From contig OZ024741.1 in NCBI GenBank assembly GCA_964016885.1, positions 253,828,001 to 253,892,000 of the forward strand: DNA of 64,000 nucleotides, given 5' to 3'. The position numbers and the translations under genes are program-made. This document shows positions 1 through 10,900 of the stretch, one piece after another. The notes under the pieces were generated by a model. It did no database searches. It worked only from the letters and a program-made list of their open reading frames with translations, and had not been told where the DNA came from. Positions within the stretch are counted from its first letter, which is position 1. Every line of letters begins with the position of its first letter. Origin of the DNA: Eledone cirrhosa. Taxonomy: Eukaryota.

Positions 1-1204
1 ATACGCGAAACGCAATTTCCGAGTCATGCTGGCAAGCGCTCCATGGACCAAAAGAGACCAGAGCAATAAACACAGGTTATAAAGGCCATACAAACTGAGA
101 CGGCGGTTAAGAAGCTATCAACCACCTAAGCCCAAAAAACGAAGTAAGCTAAACGGGTCAAACAAAATAAATGAAATATTCACCAGGACCCATAGAAATG
201 ATGGTATAATCCAGTACAGGGTTTCTGCGACACCTAAATCAATAATACTGTCTGCTTAAAATAATAAGCTTTTGGTATAAGGATCGAACAAGGCTGTCAC
301 GTTATCAACAGGTATTTTGTTCTGCGCCAGCGTTGTGGATCACATAGTGTTTTGTAGTAGTGAAAGCACATGTGTAACTCACAGGAGAGAAAACGCCAGA
401 TTTTGGCAAATGAATTCAGTATGTGTAAATCAATGCAAAAATTACAAAAACAGCACAAATCGAATTAAGCTCTCGACCAGGTAGTTTTTAAAATAAACTT
501 ATGCAATTAATCAGTCAATAGTTATATATATACACACACACATACGTTCATTTATTAAGGCTGTTGGTGAACTCTGTTGCTCTAAATTTTCACCTGCGCA
601 CTCACTGGATCACCAATATTGTCTGTTTAGTATGCAAGTGAGACTCCATAGTAACAAGGCTTAGTCATAATAAATGAATATTTAAACTCTACTTCGGTAT
701 TAAGTTTTCATTCTTACGTCCGTCAATTCACGTACTCTCAGGTCTTGAATAATCGTCCCCACCCACCGCTTATTAATTTGTTAGATTTTTTTCCACCCCA
801 TCCACCTCCAGTTTTTATTCCACCCACACACCAACCCACTTACTAAATTTTGCTAATCTATCTCCAGCAAAATTTTATTGTAAGTGATGCATATCGATAC
901 AGCAGCTGGAGGATCTAAAAATAATTTTATTTTACACTAAAAAAACATTATATATGACAAAAGGAGAACATTACAAGAAATCCCATATTTACGAACGTAC
1001 ACTATACAAATATAATGTCTAAACCGTGTATAAAAATATAATAATATGCATTCATTGAACAAAACTGATAAAGGAAAGAAAAAAGAAGAAAAAAGGAGGG
1101 GGCACAATTCACCACTAAGTGTGATAATCCGCTGCACCTCACACCTTAGGGGTTAAGTACACACTTGAGGCAAGCCAACATTATGATTTGGCTTACGTTA
1201 TGGG

Positions 1205-1409
1205 TTTTTTTTTTTTTTAGGCACAAGACCAGCAATTCAGAGGATGGGATAAGTCGATTAAATCAAACCAAATATCTTATTTTATCGACCCCAAAATGAT
1301 GAAAGACAAAATTGACTTACATGGGATTTGAACTCAGAACGTAAGGTGCTAGAAGAAATACTTTAAAGCATTTCTTCCGACGCGCGATGCTCTGGCAATT
1401 CGCCACTCT
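1205..1409 (-). mobile_element. tRNA-derived SINE, copy 1 (octopus/mollusc-type, degenerate)
   Basis: The minus strand has a B-box-like GTTCTGAGTTCAAATCCC (1323-1340), then a TTTCATC..GGGGTCGATAAAATAAG body and an A-rich end (plus-strand T-run 1205-1218). A clearly homologous second copy lies at ~3996-4176 (shared GGCACAAG.CCAGCAATT, TTATTTTATCGACC, GATGAAAG.CAAA, GGGATTTGAACTCAGAA). The family assignment is from recall of the abundant Octopus SINE. Confidence 0.8.
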
Positions 1410-1456
1410 TTGTAAACTATGATTAACAGGAACGGGTTAGAACCGATACTCTAAAC

Positions 1457-1611
1457 CAGTGGTTCCCAAAGTGGGTTCCGCAAAAGAGTGTCCGTTAAAA
1501 AGGGTAGAGGAGTATATTTATATTACAATCATTACAATTAGACTTTGGGGTTCCCCCAAATGTTTCTGAACCAAACAGGGTTCCGTATTTGAAAACGTTT
1601 GGGAAACCCTG
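1457..1611. mobile_element. Non-autonomous hAT (Charlie-like) MITE, 155 bp
   Basis: Terminal inverted repeats CAGTGGTTCCCAAA (1457-1470) and TTTGGGAAACCCTG (1598-1611). Flanked by an 8-bp near-identical TSD, CTCTAAAC (1449-1456) / CTCTAACC (1612-1619). An 8-bp nTCTA-type TSD and CAG termini are typical of hAT-Charlie elements. Confidence 0.8.
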
Positions 1612-1826
1612 CTCTAACCCAATGGTCCGCAACTTTATGTGCACCATGCCCACTTCAACATCTCAAAAATTGTTACGCTTCCTCATCCCCTTTGATATGA
1701 AAATACCTTCCTTTGATATGAAAACAGCAATGATCAACTGCAAAGTATAAACAAATTGAGATGTAGGTGGTGCCAGATGCAGATTAACATATGTAGAGGA
1801 GGTGAGACAGGAGTTTCCGACAATAA

Positions 1827-2784
1827 TCTATATATCTAAAACAGAGAATGTCTGTCTGTCTGTCTGACTCCCTAAAACTCAAGAACCACCCAACCGATTT
1901 TTTTCAAACTTTACACATATAATACTTATGGTCCTGTGAGTGTTTTTAGCAAAACATATCTCAAATTTAGCGTCCGTATTAGGCGTTTTAGCGATCTCTC
2001 TCTATAAGTCTTAGTCTTTCTTTTTAGATAGATACATGGATAAAACGTTGCGGCCTTATAATATCTGTCTGCATTACGACATTATGAAAAAAATATTTCA
2101 AATTTTCAATTCCCTAGGGATTGCATTAGGCGCCGGTTAGCGATCTCTCTATCTTTCATAGTCTGTCTTTTTAGATAGATACATAGCTATGACGTCGCGC
2201 CCTTATAATATCTGTCTGTATGTCTGGCTGCCTGCATTACGACATTATGACACTATCTGTGTATGTGTGTGTATATGTATATATAGTATGTGTGTGGCTA
2301 TTTGTGTCTGTGTGTATATATGTATATATATAGTGTATATATATATATATATAGTGTGTGTAACATTTTACGAAATATTTACTTCTGCGTTCACAGATTG
2401 ATTTTTTTAGTTTCAGAAGATCCCATTAAGGGTGAAAGCAGCGATTCTTCGCTTAAACTTTAATCTGTTACTTTAATATATATATATAATTATATATTCG
2501 TGTACAGGTATTTTTGCATACACAATAACAAAATATAAACAAACGTATTTATTTCATGATGCTCGACAGCAGCAAAAACAACAACAAAAAAGAGAAGGAA
2601 CGCAATTACATGCTTTTGAAAAATCTTAATGGAAAATGATTTGCCTATTCACCCAAGGCAAATTCACTTTTTGTTAGGACTTCTGCATCAATTGGTGAAC
2701 ATACGACGAAACTATTTCAGAAAGGAGGGATAAACATGCCAATCTATGTTTAGAATCCCGAGCAACGCCAGGCCATTCTGCTAG
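1827..2784 (+). mobile_element. Non-autonomous Helitron, copy 1 (both termini present, ~958 bp)
   Basis: The 5' end TCTATATATCTAAAA follows an A at 1826. The 3' end has a GC-rich imperfect hairpin CCCGAGCAACGCCAGG (2757-2772) 8 nt before CTAG (2781-2784). No TIR or TSD. An internal (TGTC)n tract lies near the 5' end. These are canonical Helitron 5'-TC...CTRR-3' hallmarks. Confidence 0.8.
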
Positions 2785-3234
2785 TCTATATATCTAAAAC
2801 AGAGAATGCCTGCCTCTCTGTCTGTCTGTCTGTCTGACTCCCTAAAACTCGAGAACCACCCAACCGATTGTTTTCAAACTTTACACATGTAATACTTATG
2901 GTCGTGTGAGTGTTTTGAGCAAAAAAATATTTCAAATTTTCAATGCCCTAGGGACCGCATTAGGCGCCGGTTAGTGATCTCTCTGTTTTTCTTTGTCTGT
3001 CTTTTTAGATAGATACATAGTTATAACGTCGCGACCTTATAATATATGTCTGTATGTCTGGCTGTCTGCATTACGACATTATGACGCTATATGTGTATGT
3101 GTGTATATATGTATATATAGAGTGTAACGTTTTTCGAAATATTTACTTCTGTGTTCACAGATTGATTTTTTTAGTTTCAGAAGATCCCGTTAAGAGTGAA
3201 AGCAGCGATTCTTCGCTTAAACTTTAATCTGTTA

Positions 3235-3271
<37 letters not shown>

Positions 3272-3300
3272 GTGTACAGATATTTTTGCATACACAATAA
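2785..3300 (+). mobile_element. Helitron copy 2, fused head-to-tail to copy 1, 3'-truncated
   Basis: Starts TCTATATATCTAAAACAGAGAATG directly after the CTAG of copy 1. Aligns to 1827-2528, apart from copy 1's internal duplication, up to GCATACACAATAA. Confidence 0.8.
3236..3269. repeat. (TA)n microsatellite inside Helitron copy 2
   Basis: Pure TA run of about 16 units; the homologous site in copy 1 (~2476-2497) is shorter and interrupted. Confidence 0.9.
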
Positions 3301-3385
3301 GAATGTATGTCTGTCTGTCTGACTCCCTAAATCTCCAGAACCACCCAACCGATTTTTTTCAAACTTTACACATGTAATACTTATG
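3301..3385 (+). mobile_element. Helitron 5'-region fragment, copy 3
   Basis: GAATG..TGTCTGTCTGTCTGACTCCCTAAA..AGAACCACCCAACCGATTTTTTTCAAACTTTACACATGTAATACTTATG matches ~1846-1930 and ~2804-2900. Confidence 0.75.
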
Positions 3386-3534
3386 TAAAAGTAATAAGGT
3401 AAAACCTGAAGTTTCTTCTCATTAACATCATTTTCAATTTGCCACACTTAAATATTCATATTGATCCCCTGTGTGGCGTGCACCCCGCACTGGGAGTCAC
3501 TGCTCTAATCAGATGTTTAAAGCTTCGCTGACCT

Positions 3535-3735
3535 CGTTGTTAAATGTCACTTTACTGATTACTCCGGTCCTGAAGAGGGAAGTCACGGAAGGAGAAGACC
3601 AAGGAAAACTTGGACGGGTGTGGTGAAAGGTCTTCCTAGGATACTGAACCTCGTAAAGGTTTAACAAAGGCAAGAAACAAATGGGACTATTCTGGAGCAG
3701 ATTCTAACCCTTGCAAGCATCGAAATAGAAAGAGG
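3535..3735 (+). pseudogene. Degenerate 3' end of an RTE-clade LINE (C-terminus of the RT ORF plus 3' UTR)
   Basis: My translation from ~3578 reads GSHGRRRPRKTWTGVVKGLPRILNLVKV*, then after a frameshift TKARNKW. This resembles the RTE/BovB C-terminal motif RGRPRKTW..VV..DL..L.L....DR..W. It is followed by CTAACCCTTGCAAGCAT, similar to octopus RTE 3' UTRs as I recall them. Confidence 0.55.
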
Positions 3736-3995
3736 GTAAAAAGAGAGAGAAAACGTGTGGTAATGTCTGCCAAAAGTCATGTGTTGTTGTTGTTCTATTT
3801 ATAGAGGGTTAACTCAGAAGACTACACTTGTGTTAATTGACTGGTCAAGAGTTCAAATAGGGGTGGCGAGGGGGATGGGGAATTGTAAGCTAGAGACAAA
3901 TTCTATGGGAACAGTAGGGTGCAATGCATGGATGGACCAATAGATAGGTAGGGAGTTAGTACTATAAGGTACAGAAAGGGTTAAGTAATGATAAT

Positions 3996-4176
3996 TGTTT
4001 CTACTTTTGGCACAAGGCCAGCAATTACCCAGTGTATTACTGGTACTTTATTTTATCGACCGCGTAAGGATGAAAGGCAAAGTTAACCTCGGCGGGATTT
4101 GAACTCAGAATGGCAAGGGCCGTAACTCTATACGTCAAAGCATGGCGCCCGACCCTCTACCGATACTGCCAATCCA
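3996..4176 (-). mobile_element. tRNA-derived SINE, copy 2
   Basis: GGCACAAGGCCAGCAATT...ACTGGTACTTTATTTTATCGACC..AAGGATGAAAGGCAAAGTTAACCTCGGCGGGATTTGAACTCAGAA, with the B box on the minus strand at ~4094-4110. Homologous to 1205-1409 and in the same orientation. Confidence 0.8.
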
Positions 4177-4250
4177 ACAGCCCCGGCGGACTGAATGGAA
4201 AAGGCGTTTGCCTGGAAGATGGTAAAAATCGAAATAACGAACATAAAATT

Positions 4251-4300
4251 GTGATGGTGATGAAGACGATGATGATGATGATCATGATGATGAAGGTGAT
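4251..4300. repeat. Imperfect (GAT)n microsatellite
   Basis: GTGATGGTGATGAAGACGATGATGATGATGATCATGATGATGAAGGTGAT. Confidence 0.85.
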
Positions 4301-4866
4301 ATATCTGTATATATATGTATATATATGTATGTATGTCTCTGTGCATGTATACATATGTATGTGAGTGTAGGTGTGTATGTGAATATGTATCTGTATGTAT
4401 GTGTGTATGTGTCTGTATGTGTGTCTGTATGTGTGTGTGTGTGTGTGTGAATGTCTGTATGTATGTGTGCATGACTATGTGCATGTGTATGTGTGTATGT
4501 ATATGTGTGTGTGTATGTGCGTTTGTATGTATGTATGTGTGTGTATGTGTGCATGTATGTGTGTATGTGTGTGTGAATGTATGTGTATATGTATGTATGT
4601 GCGTGTGTATGTATGTATATGTATATGTGTGTGTGCATGTGCGTGTGTATGTATGCATGTATGTATATTATATATGTGTGCATGTATGTATGTAAATATA
4701 TAATGTGTGCATATGTGTGTGTATGTATGTGTATATATGTGTCTGTATGTATGTAGGTGTATGTATGTGTGTATGTGCATGTGTATATATGTATGTATGT
4801 GTGTATATGTGCGTGTGTATGTATGTATGTGTATAAGTGTGTGTGTATGTGCACGTGTATGTATGT
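4301..4866. repeat. Compound (TG)n/(TA)n/(TATG)n low-complexity tract, ~565 bp
   Basis: Almost continuous alternating purine-pyrimidine sequence. It explains the overlapping HT-rich and CV-rich pseudo-ORFs on both strands. Confidence 0.95.
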
Positions 4867-4920
4867 TTATAGTTTCTTCTATAACAACCAAGTTTATGGC
4901 TACTTTTATGAGTGTATATA

Positions 4921-7900
4921 TGTGTGACATTATCACTGTGTATATACCTGTTGGTGTATGTGTGACATTATCACTGTATTTACCTGTTGGTGTATGTGTC
5001 ACATTATGACTGTGTATATACCTGTTGGTGTATGTGTGACATTATGACTGTATATATACCTGTTGGTGTATGTGTGACATTAAGACTGTATATATACCTG
5101 TTGGTGTATGTGTGACATTAAGACTGTATATATACCTGTTGGTGTATGTGTGACATTATGACTGTGTATATACCTGTTGGTGTATGTGTGACATTATGAC
5201 TGTATATATACCTGTTGGTGTATGTGTGACATTATGACTGTATATATACCTGTTGGTGTATGTGTGACATTAAGACTCTATATATACCTGTTGGTGTATG
5301 TGAGACATTAAGACTGTGTATATAGCTGTTGGTGTATGTGTGACATTAAGACTGTGTATATACCTGTTGGTGTATGTGTGACATTATGACTGTATATATA
5401 CCTGTTGGTGTATGTGTGACATTAAAACTGTATATATACCTGTTGGTGTATGTGTGATGTTAAGACTGTATATATACCTGTTGGTGTATGTGTGACATTA
5501 AGACTGTGTATATACCTGTTGGTGTATGTGTGACATTAAGACTGTGTATATACCTGTTGGTGTATGTGTGACATTAAGACTGTGTATATACCTGTTGGTG
5601 TATGTGTGACATTAAGACTGTGTATATACCTGTTGGTGTATGTGTGACATTAAGACTGTGTATATACCTGTTGGTGTATGTGTGATATTAAGACTGTATA
5701 TATACCTGTTGGTGTATGTGTGACATTATGACTGTATATATACCTGTTGGTGTATGTGTGACATTATGACTGTATACCTGTTGGTGTATGTGTGACATTA
5801 TGACTGTATATATACCTGTTGGTGTATGTGTGACATTAAGACTGTATATATACCTGTTGGTGTATGTGTGACATTATGACTGTGTATATACCTGTTGGTA
5901 TATGTGTGACATTAAGACTGTATACCTGTTGGTGTATGTGTGACATTAAGACTGTGTATATACCTGTTGGTGTATGTGTGACATTATGACTGTATATATA
6001 CCTGTTGGTGTATGTGTGACATTAAGACTGTATGCCTGTTGGTGTATGTGTGACATTAAGACTGTGTATATACCTGTTGGTGTATGTGTGACATTAAGAC
6101 TGTATATATACCTGTTGGTGTATGTGTGACATTATGACTGTGTATACCTGTTGGTGTATGTGTGACATTATGACTGTGTATATACCTGTTAGTGTATGTG
6201 TGACATTATGACTGTGTATATACCTGTTGGTGTATGTGTGACATTAAGACTGTGTATACCTGTTGGTGTATGTGTGACATTATGACTGTGTATATACGTG
6301 TTGGTGTATGTGTGACATTATGACTGTGTATATACCTGTTGGTGTATGTGTGACATTAAGACTGTATATATACCTGTTGGTGTATGTGTGACATTAAGAC
6401 TGTATATATACCTGTTGGTGTATGTGTGACATTAAGACTGTATATATACCTGCTGGTGTATGTGTGACATTATGACTGTGTATATACCTGTTGGTGTATG
6501 TGTGATATTAAGACTGTATATATACCTGTTGGGGTATGTGTGACATTAAGACTGTATATATACCTGTTGGTGTATGTGTGACATTAAGACTGTATATATA
6601 CCTGTTGGTGTATGTGTGACATTAAGACTGTATATATACCTGTTGGTGTATGTGTGACATTAAGACTGTATATATACCTGTTGGTGTATGTGTGACATTA
6701 TGACTGTGTATATACCTGTTGGTGTATGTGTGACATTAAGACTGTATATATACCTGTTGGTGTATGTGTGACATTATGACTGTGTATATACCTGTTGGTG
6801 TATGTGTGACATTAAGACTGTATATATACCTGTTGGTGTATGTGTGACATTAAGACTGTGTAAATACCTGTTGGTGTATGTGTGACATTAATACTGTGTA
6901 TATACCTGTTGGTGTATGTGTGACATTATGACTGTGTATATACCTGTTGGTGTATGTGTGACATTAAGACTGTATATATACCTGTTGGTGTATGTGTGAC
7001 ATTAAGACTGTATATATACCTGTTGGTGTATGTGTGACATTATGACTGTGTATATACCTGTTGGTGTATGTGTGATATTAAGACTGTATACCTGTTGGTG
7101 TATGTGTGACATTAAGACTGTGTATATACCTGTTGGTGTATGTGTGACATTATGACTGTATATATACCTGTTGGTGTATGTGTGACATTAAGACTGTGTA
7201 TATACCTGTTGGTGTATGTGTGACATTAAGACTGTATATATACCTGTTGGTGTATGTGTGACATTAAGACTGTGTATATACCTGTTGGTGTATGTGTGAC
7301 ATTATGACTGTATATATACCTATTGGTGTATGTGTGACATTATGACTGTATATATACCTGTTGGTGTATGTGTGACATTATGACTGTGTATATACCTGTT
7401 GGTGTATGTGTGACATTATGACTGTGTATATACATGTTGGTGTATGTGTGACATTATGACTGTGTATATACCTGTTGGTGTATGTGTGACATTATGACTT
7501 CATATATACCTGTTGGTGTATGTGTGACATTAAGGCTGTACATATACCTGTTGGTGTATGTGTCACATTATGACTGTATATATACCTGTTGGTGTATGTG
7601 TGACATTATGACTGTATATATACCTGTTGGTGTATGTGTCACATTATGACTGTATATATACCTGTTGGTGTATATGTGACATTAAGACTGTATATATACC
7701 TGTTGGTGTATGTGTGACATTAAGACTGTATATATACCTGTTGGTGTATGTGTGACATTATGACTGTATATATACCTGTTGGTGTATGTGTGATATTAAG
7801 ACTGTGTATATACCTGTTGGTGTATGTGTGACATTAAGACTGTGTATATACCTGTTGGTGTATGTGTGACATTAAGACTGTATATATACCTGTTGGTGTA

Positions 7901-10900
7901 TGTGTGACATTAAGACTGTATATATACCTGTTGGTGTATGTGTGACATTAAGACTGTTTATATACCTGTTGGTGTATGTGTGACATTATGACTGTATATA
8001 TACCTGTTGGCGTATGTGTGACATTAAGACTGTATACCTGTTGGTGTATGTGTGACATTAAGACTGTATACCTGTTGGTGTATGTGTGACATTAAGACTG
8101 TGTGTGTATATACCTGTTGGCGTATGTGTGACATTAAGACTGTATATATAACTGTTGGTGTATGTGGGACATTAAGACTGCATATATACCTGTTGGTGTA
8201 TGTGTGACATTAAGACTGTGTATATACCTGTTGGTGTATGTGTGACATTATGACTGTATATATACCTGTTGGTGTATGTGTGACATTAAGACTGTATATA
8301 TACCTGTTGGTGTGTGTGTGACATTATGACTGTATATATACCTGTTGGTGTATGTGTGACATTATGACTGTATATATACCTGTTGGTGTATGTGTGACAT
8401 TAAGACTGTATATATAGCTGTTGGTGTATGTGTGACATTATGACTGTATATATACCTGTTGGTGTATGTGTGACATTAAGACTGTATATATACCTGTTGG
8501 TGTATGTGTGACATTAAGACTGTATATATACCTGTTGGTGTATGTGTGACATTAAGACTGTATATATACCTGTTGGTGTATGTGTGACATTATGACTGTA
8601 TATATACCTGTTGGTGTATGTGTGACATTATGACTGTATACCTGTTGGTGTATGTGTGACATTATGACTGTATATATACCTGTTGGTGTATGTGTGACTT
8701 TAAGACTGTATATATACCTGTTGGTGTATGTGTGACATTATGACTGTGTATATACCTGTTGGTGTATGTGTGACTTTAAGACTGTATATATACCTGTTGG
8801 TGTATGTGTGACATTATGACTGTGTATATACCTGTTGGTGTATGTGTGACATTAAGACTGTGTATATACCTGTTGGTGTATGTGTGACATTATGACTGTA
8901 TATATACCTGTTGGTGTATGTGTGACATTAAGACTGTGTATACCTGTTGGTGTATGTGTGACAGTATGACTGTGTGTATACCTGTTGGTGTATGTGTGAC
9001 ATTATGACTGTGTATATACCTGTTGGTGTATGTGTGACATTAAGACTGTATATATACCTGTTGGTGTATGTGTGACATTAAGACTGTATATATACCTGTT
9101 GGTGTATGTGTGACATTAAGACTGTATATATACCTGTTGGTGTATGTGTGATATTAAGACTGTATATATACCTGCTGGTGTATGTGTGACATTATGACTG
9201 TGTATATACCTGTTGGTGTATGTGTGATATTAAGACTGTATATATACCTGTTGGTGTATGTGTGACATTAAGACTGTATATATACCTGTTGGTGTATGTG
9301 TGATATTAAGACTGTATATATACCTGTTGGTGTATGTGTGACATTAAGACTGTATATATACCTGTTTGTGTATGTCTGACATTAAGACTGTATATATACC
9401 TGTGGGTGTATGTGTGACATTATGACTGTGTATACCTGTTGGTGTATGTGTGACATTATGACTGTGTATATACCTGTTGGTGTATGTGTGACATTATGAC
9501 TGTGTATATACCTGTTGGTGTATGTGTGACATTAAGACTGTATATATACCTGTTGGTGTATGTGTGACATTAAGACTGTGTATACCTGTTGGTGTATGTG
9601 TGACAGTATGACTGTGTATATACCTGTTGGTGTATGTGTGACATTATGACTGTGTATATACCTGTTGGTGTATGTGTGACATTAAGACTGTATATATACC
9701 TGTTGGTGTATGTGTGACATTAAGACTGTATATATACCTGTTGGTGTATGTGTGACATTAAGACAGTATATATACCTGTTGGTGTATGTGTGACATTAAG
9801 ACTGTATATATACCTGTTGGTGTATGTGTGACATTAAGACTGTATATATACCTGTTGGTGTATGTGTGACATTATGACTGTGTATATACCTGTTGGTGTA
9901 TGTGTGACATTAAGAGTGTATATATACCTGTTGGTGTATGTGTGACATTAAGACTGTATATATACCTGTTGGTGTATGTGTGACATTAAGTCTGTATATA
10001 TACCTGTTGGTGTATGTGTGACATTAAGACTGTATATATACCTGTTGGTGTACGTGTGACATTATGACTGTGTATATACCTGTTGGTGTATGTGTTACAT
10101 TAAGACTGTATATATACCTGTTGGTGTATGTGTGACATTAAGACTGTATATATACCTGTTGGTGTATGTGTGACATTAAGACTGTACATATACCTGTTGG
10201 TGTATGTGTGACATTAAGACTGTATATATACCTGTTGGTGTATGTGTGACATTATGACTGTGTATATACCTGTTGGTGTATGTGTGACATTAAGACTGTA
10301 TATATACCTGTTGGTGTATGTGTGACATTATGACTGTGTATATACCTGTTGGTGTATGTGTGACATTAAGACTGAATATATACCTGTTGGTGTATGTATG
10401 ACATTATGACTGTGTATATACCTGTTGGTGTATGTGTGACATTAAGACTGTATATATACCTGTTGGTGTATGTGTGACATTAAGACTGTGTATATACCTA
10501 TTGGTGTATGTGTGACATTAAGACTGTATATATACCTGTTGGTGTATGTGTGACATTAAGACTGTATATATACCTGTTGTTGTATGTGTGACATTATGAC
10601 TGTGTATATACCTGTTGGTGTATGTGTGACATTAAGACTGTATACCTGTTGGTGTACGTGTGACATTAAGACTGTGTATATACCTGTTGGTGTATGTGTG
10701 ACATTATGACTGTATATATACCTGTTGGTGTATGTGTGACATTAAGACTGTGTATATACCTGTTGGTGTATGTGTGACATTAAGACTGTATATATACCTG
10801 TTGGTGTATGTGTGACATTAAGACTGTGTATATACCTGTTGGTGTATGTGTGATATTAAGACTGTATATATACCTGCTGGTGTATGTGTGACATTATGAC

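Larger units (their letters stand above)
1620..3502. mobile_element. Second, more degenerate hAT-type MITE (1620-1826 plus 3386-3502), interrupted by a Helitron
   Basis: Left end CAATGGTCCGCAACTTT starts immediately after CTCTAACC (1612-1619). Right end ACTGGGAGTCACTG (reverse complement CAGTGACTCCCAGT) is followed by CTCTAATC (3503-3510). The TIRs are imperfect and the TSDs match 7/8. Confidence 0.55.

Noticed and set aside
1323-1409. tRNA gene (B-box-like GTTCAAATCCC; also at ~4094-4110)
   Set aside because: No cloverleaf is evident, and the motif is embedded in a two-copy SINE body.
937-3447. Short ORFs at 937-1137, 2189-2401 and 3232-3447
   Set aside because: They lie in AT-rich or Helitron/microsatellite sequence and show no recognisable domains.
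3860-3880. G-quadruplex candidate GGGGTGGCGAGGGGGATGGGG
   Set aside because: Only three runs of three or more G lie close together, and there is no functional context.
4110-5009. Eight overlapping ORFs rich in His/Thr/Ile/Tyr or Cys/Val/Met
   Set aside because: They are translations of TG/TA/GAT simple repeats that lack stop codons in several frames on both strands, and show no protein-like complexity.
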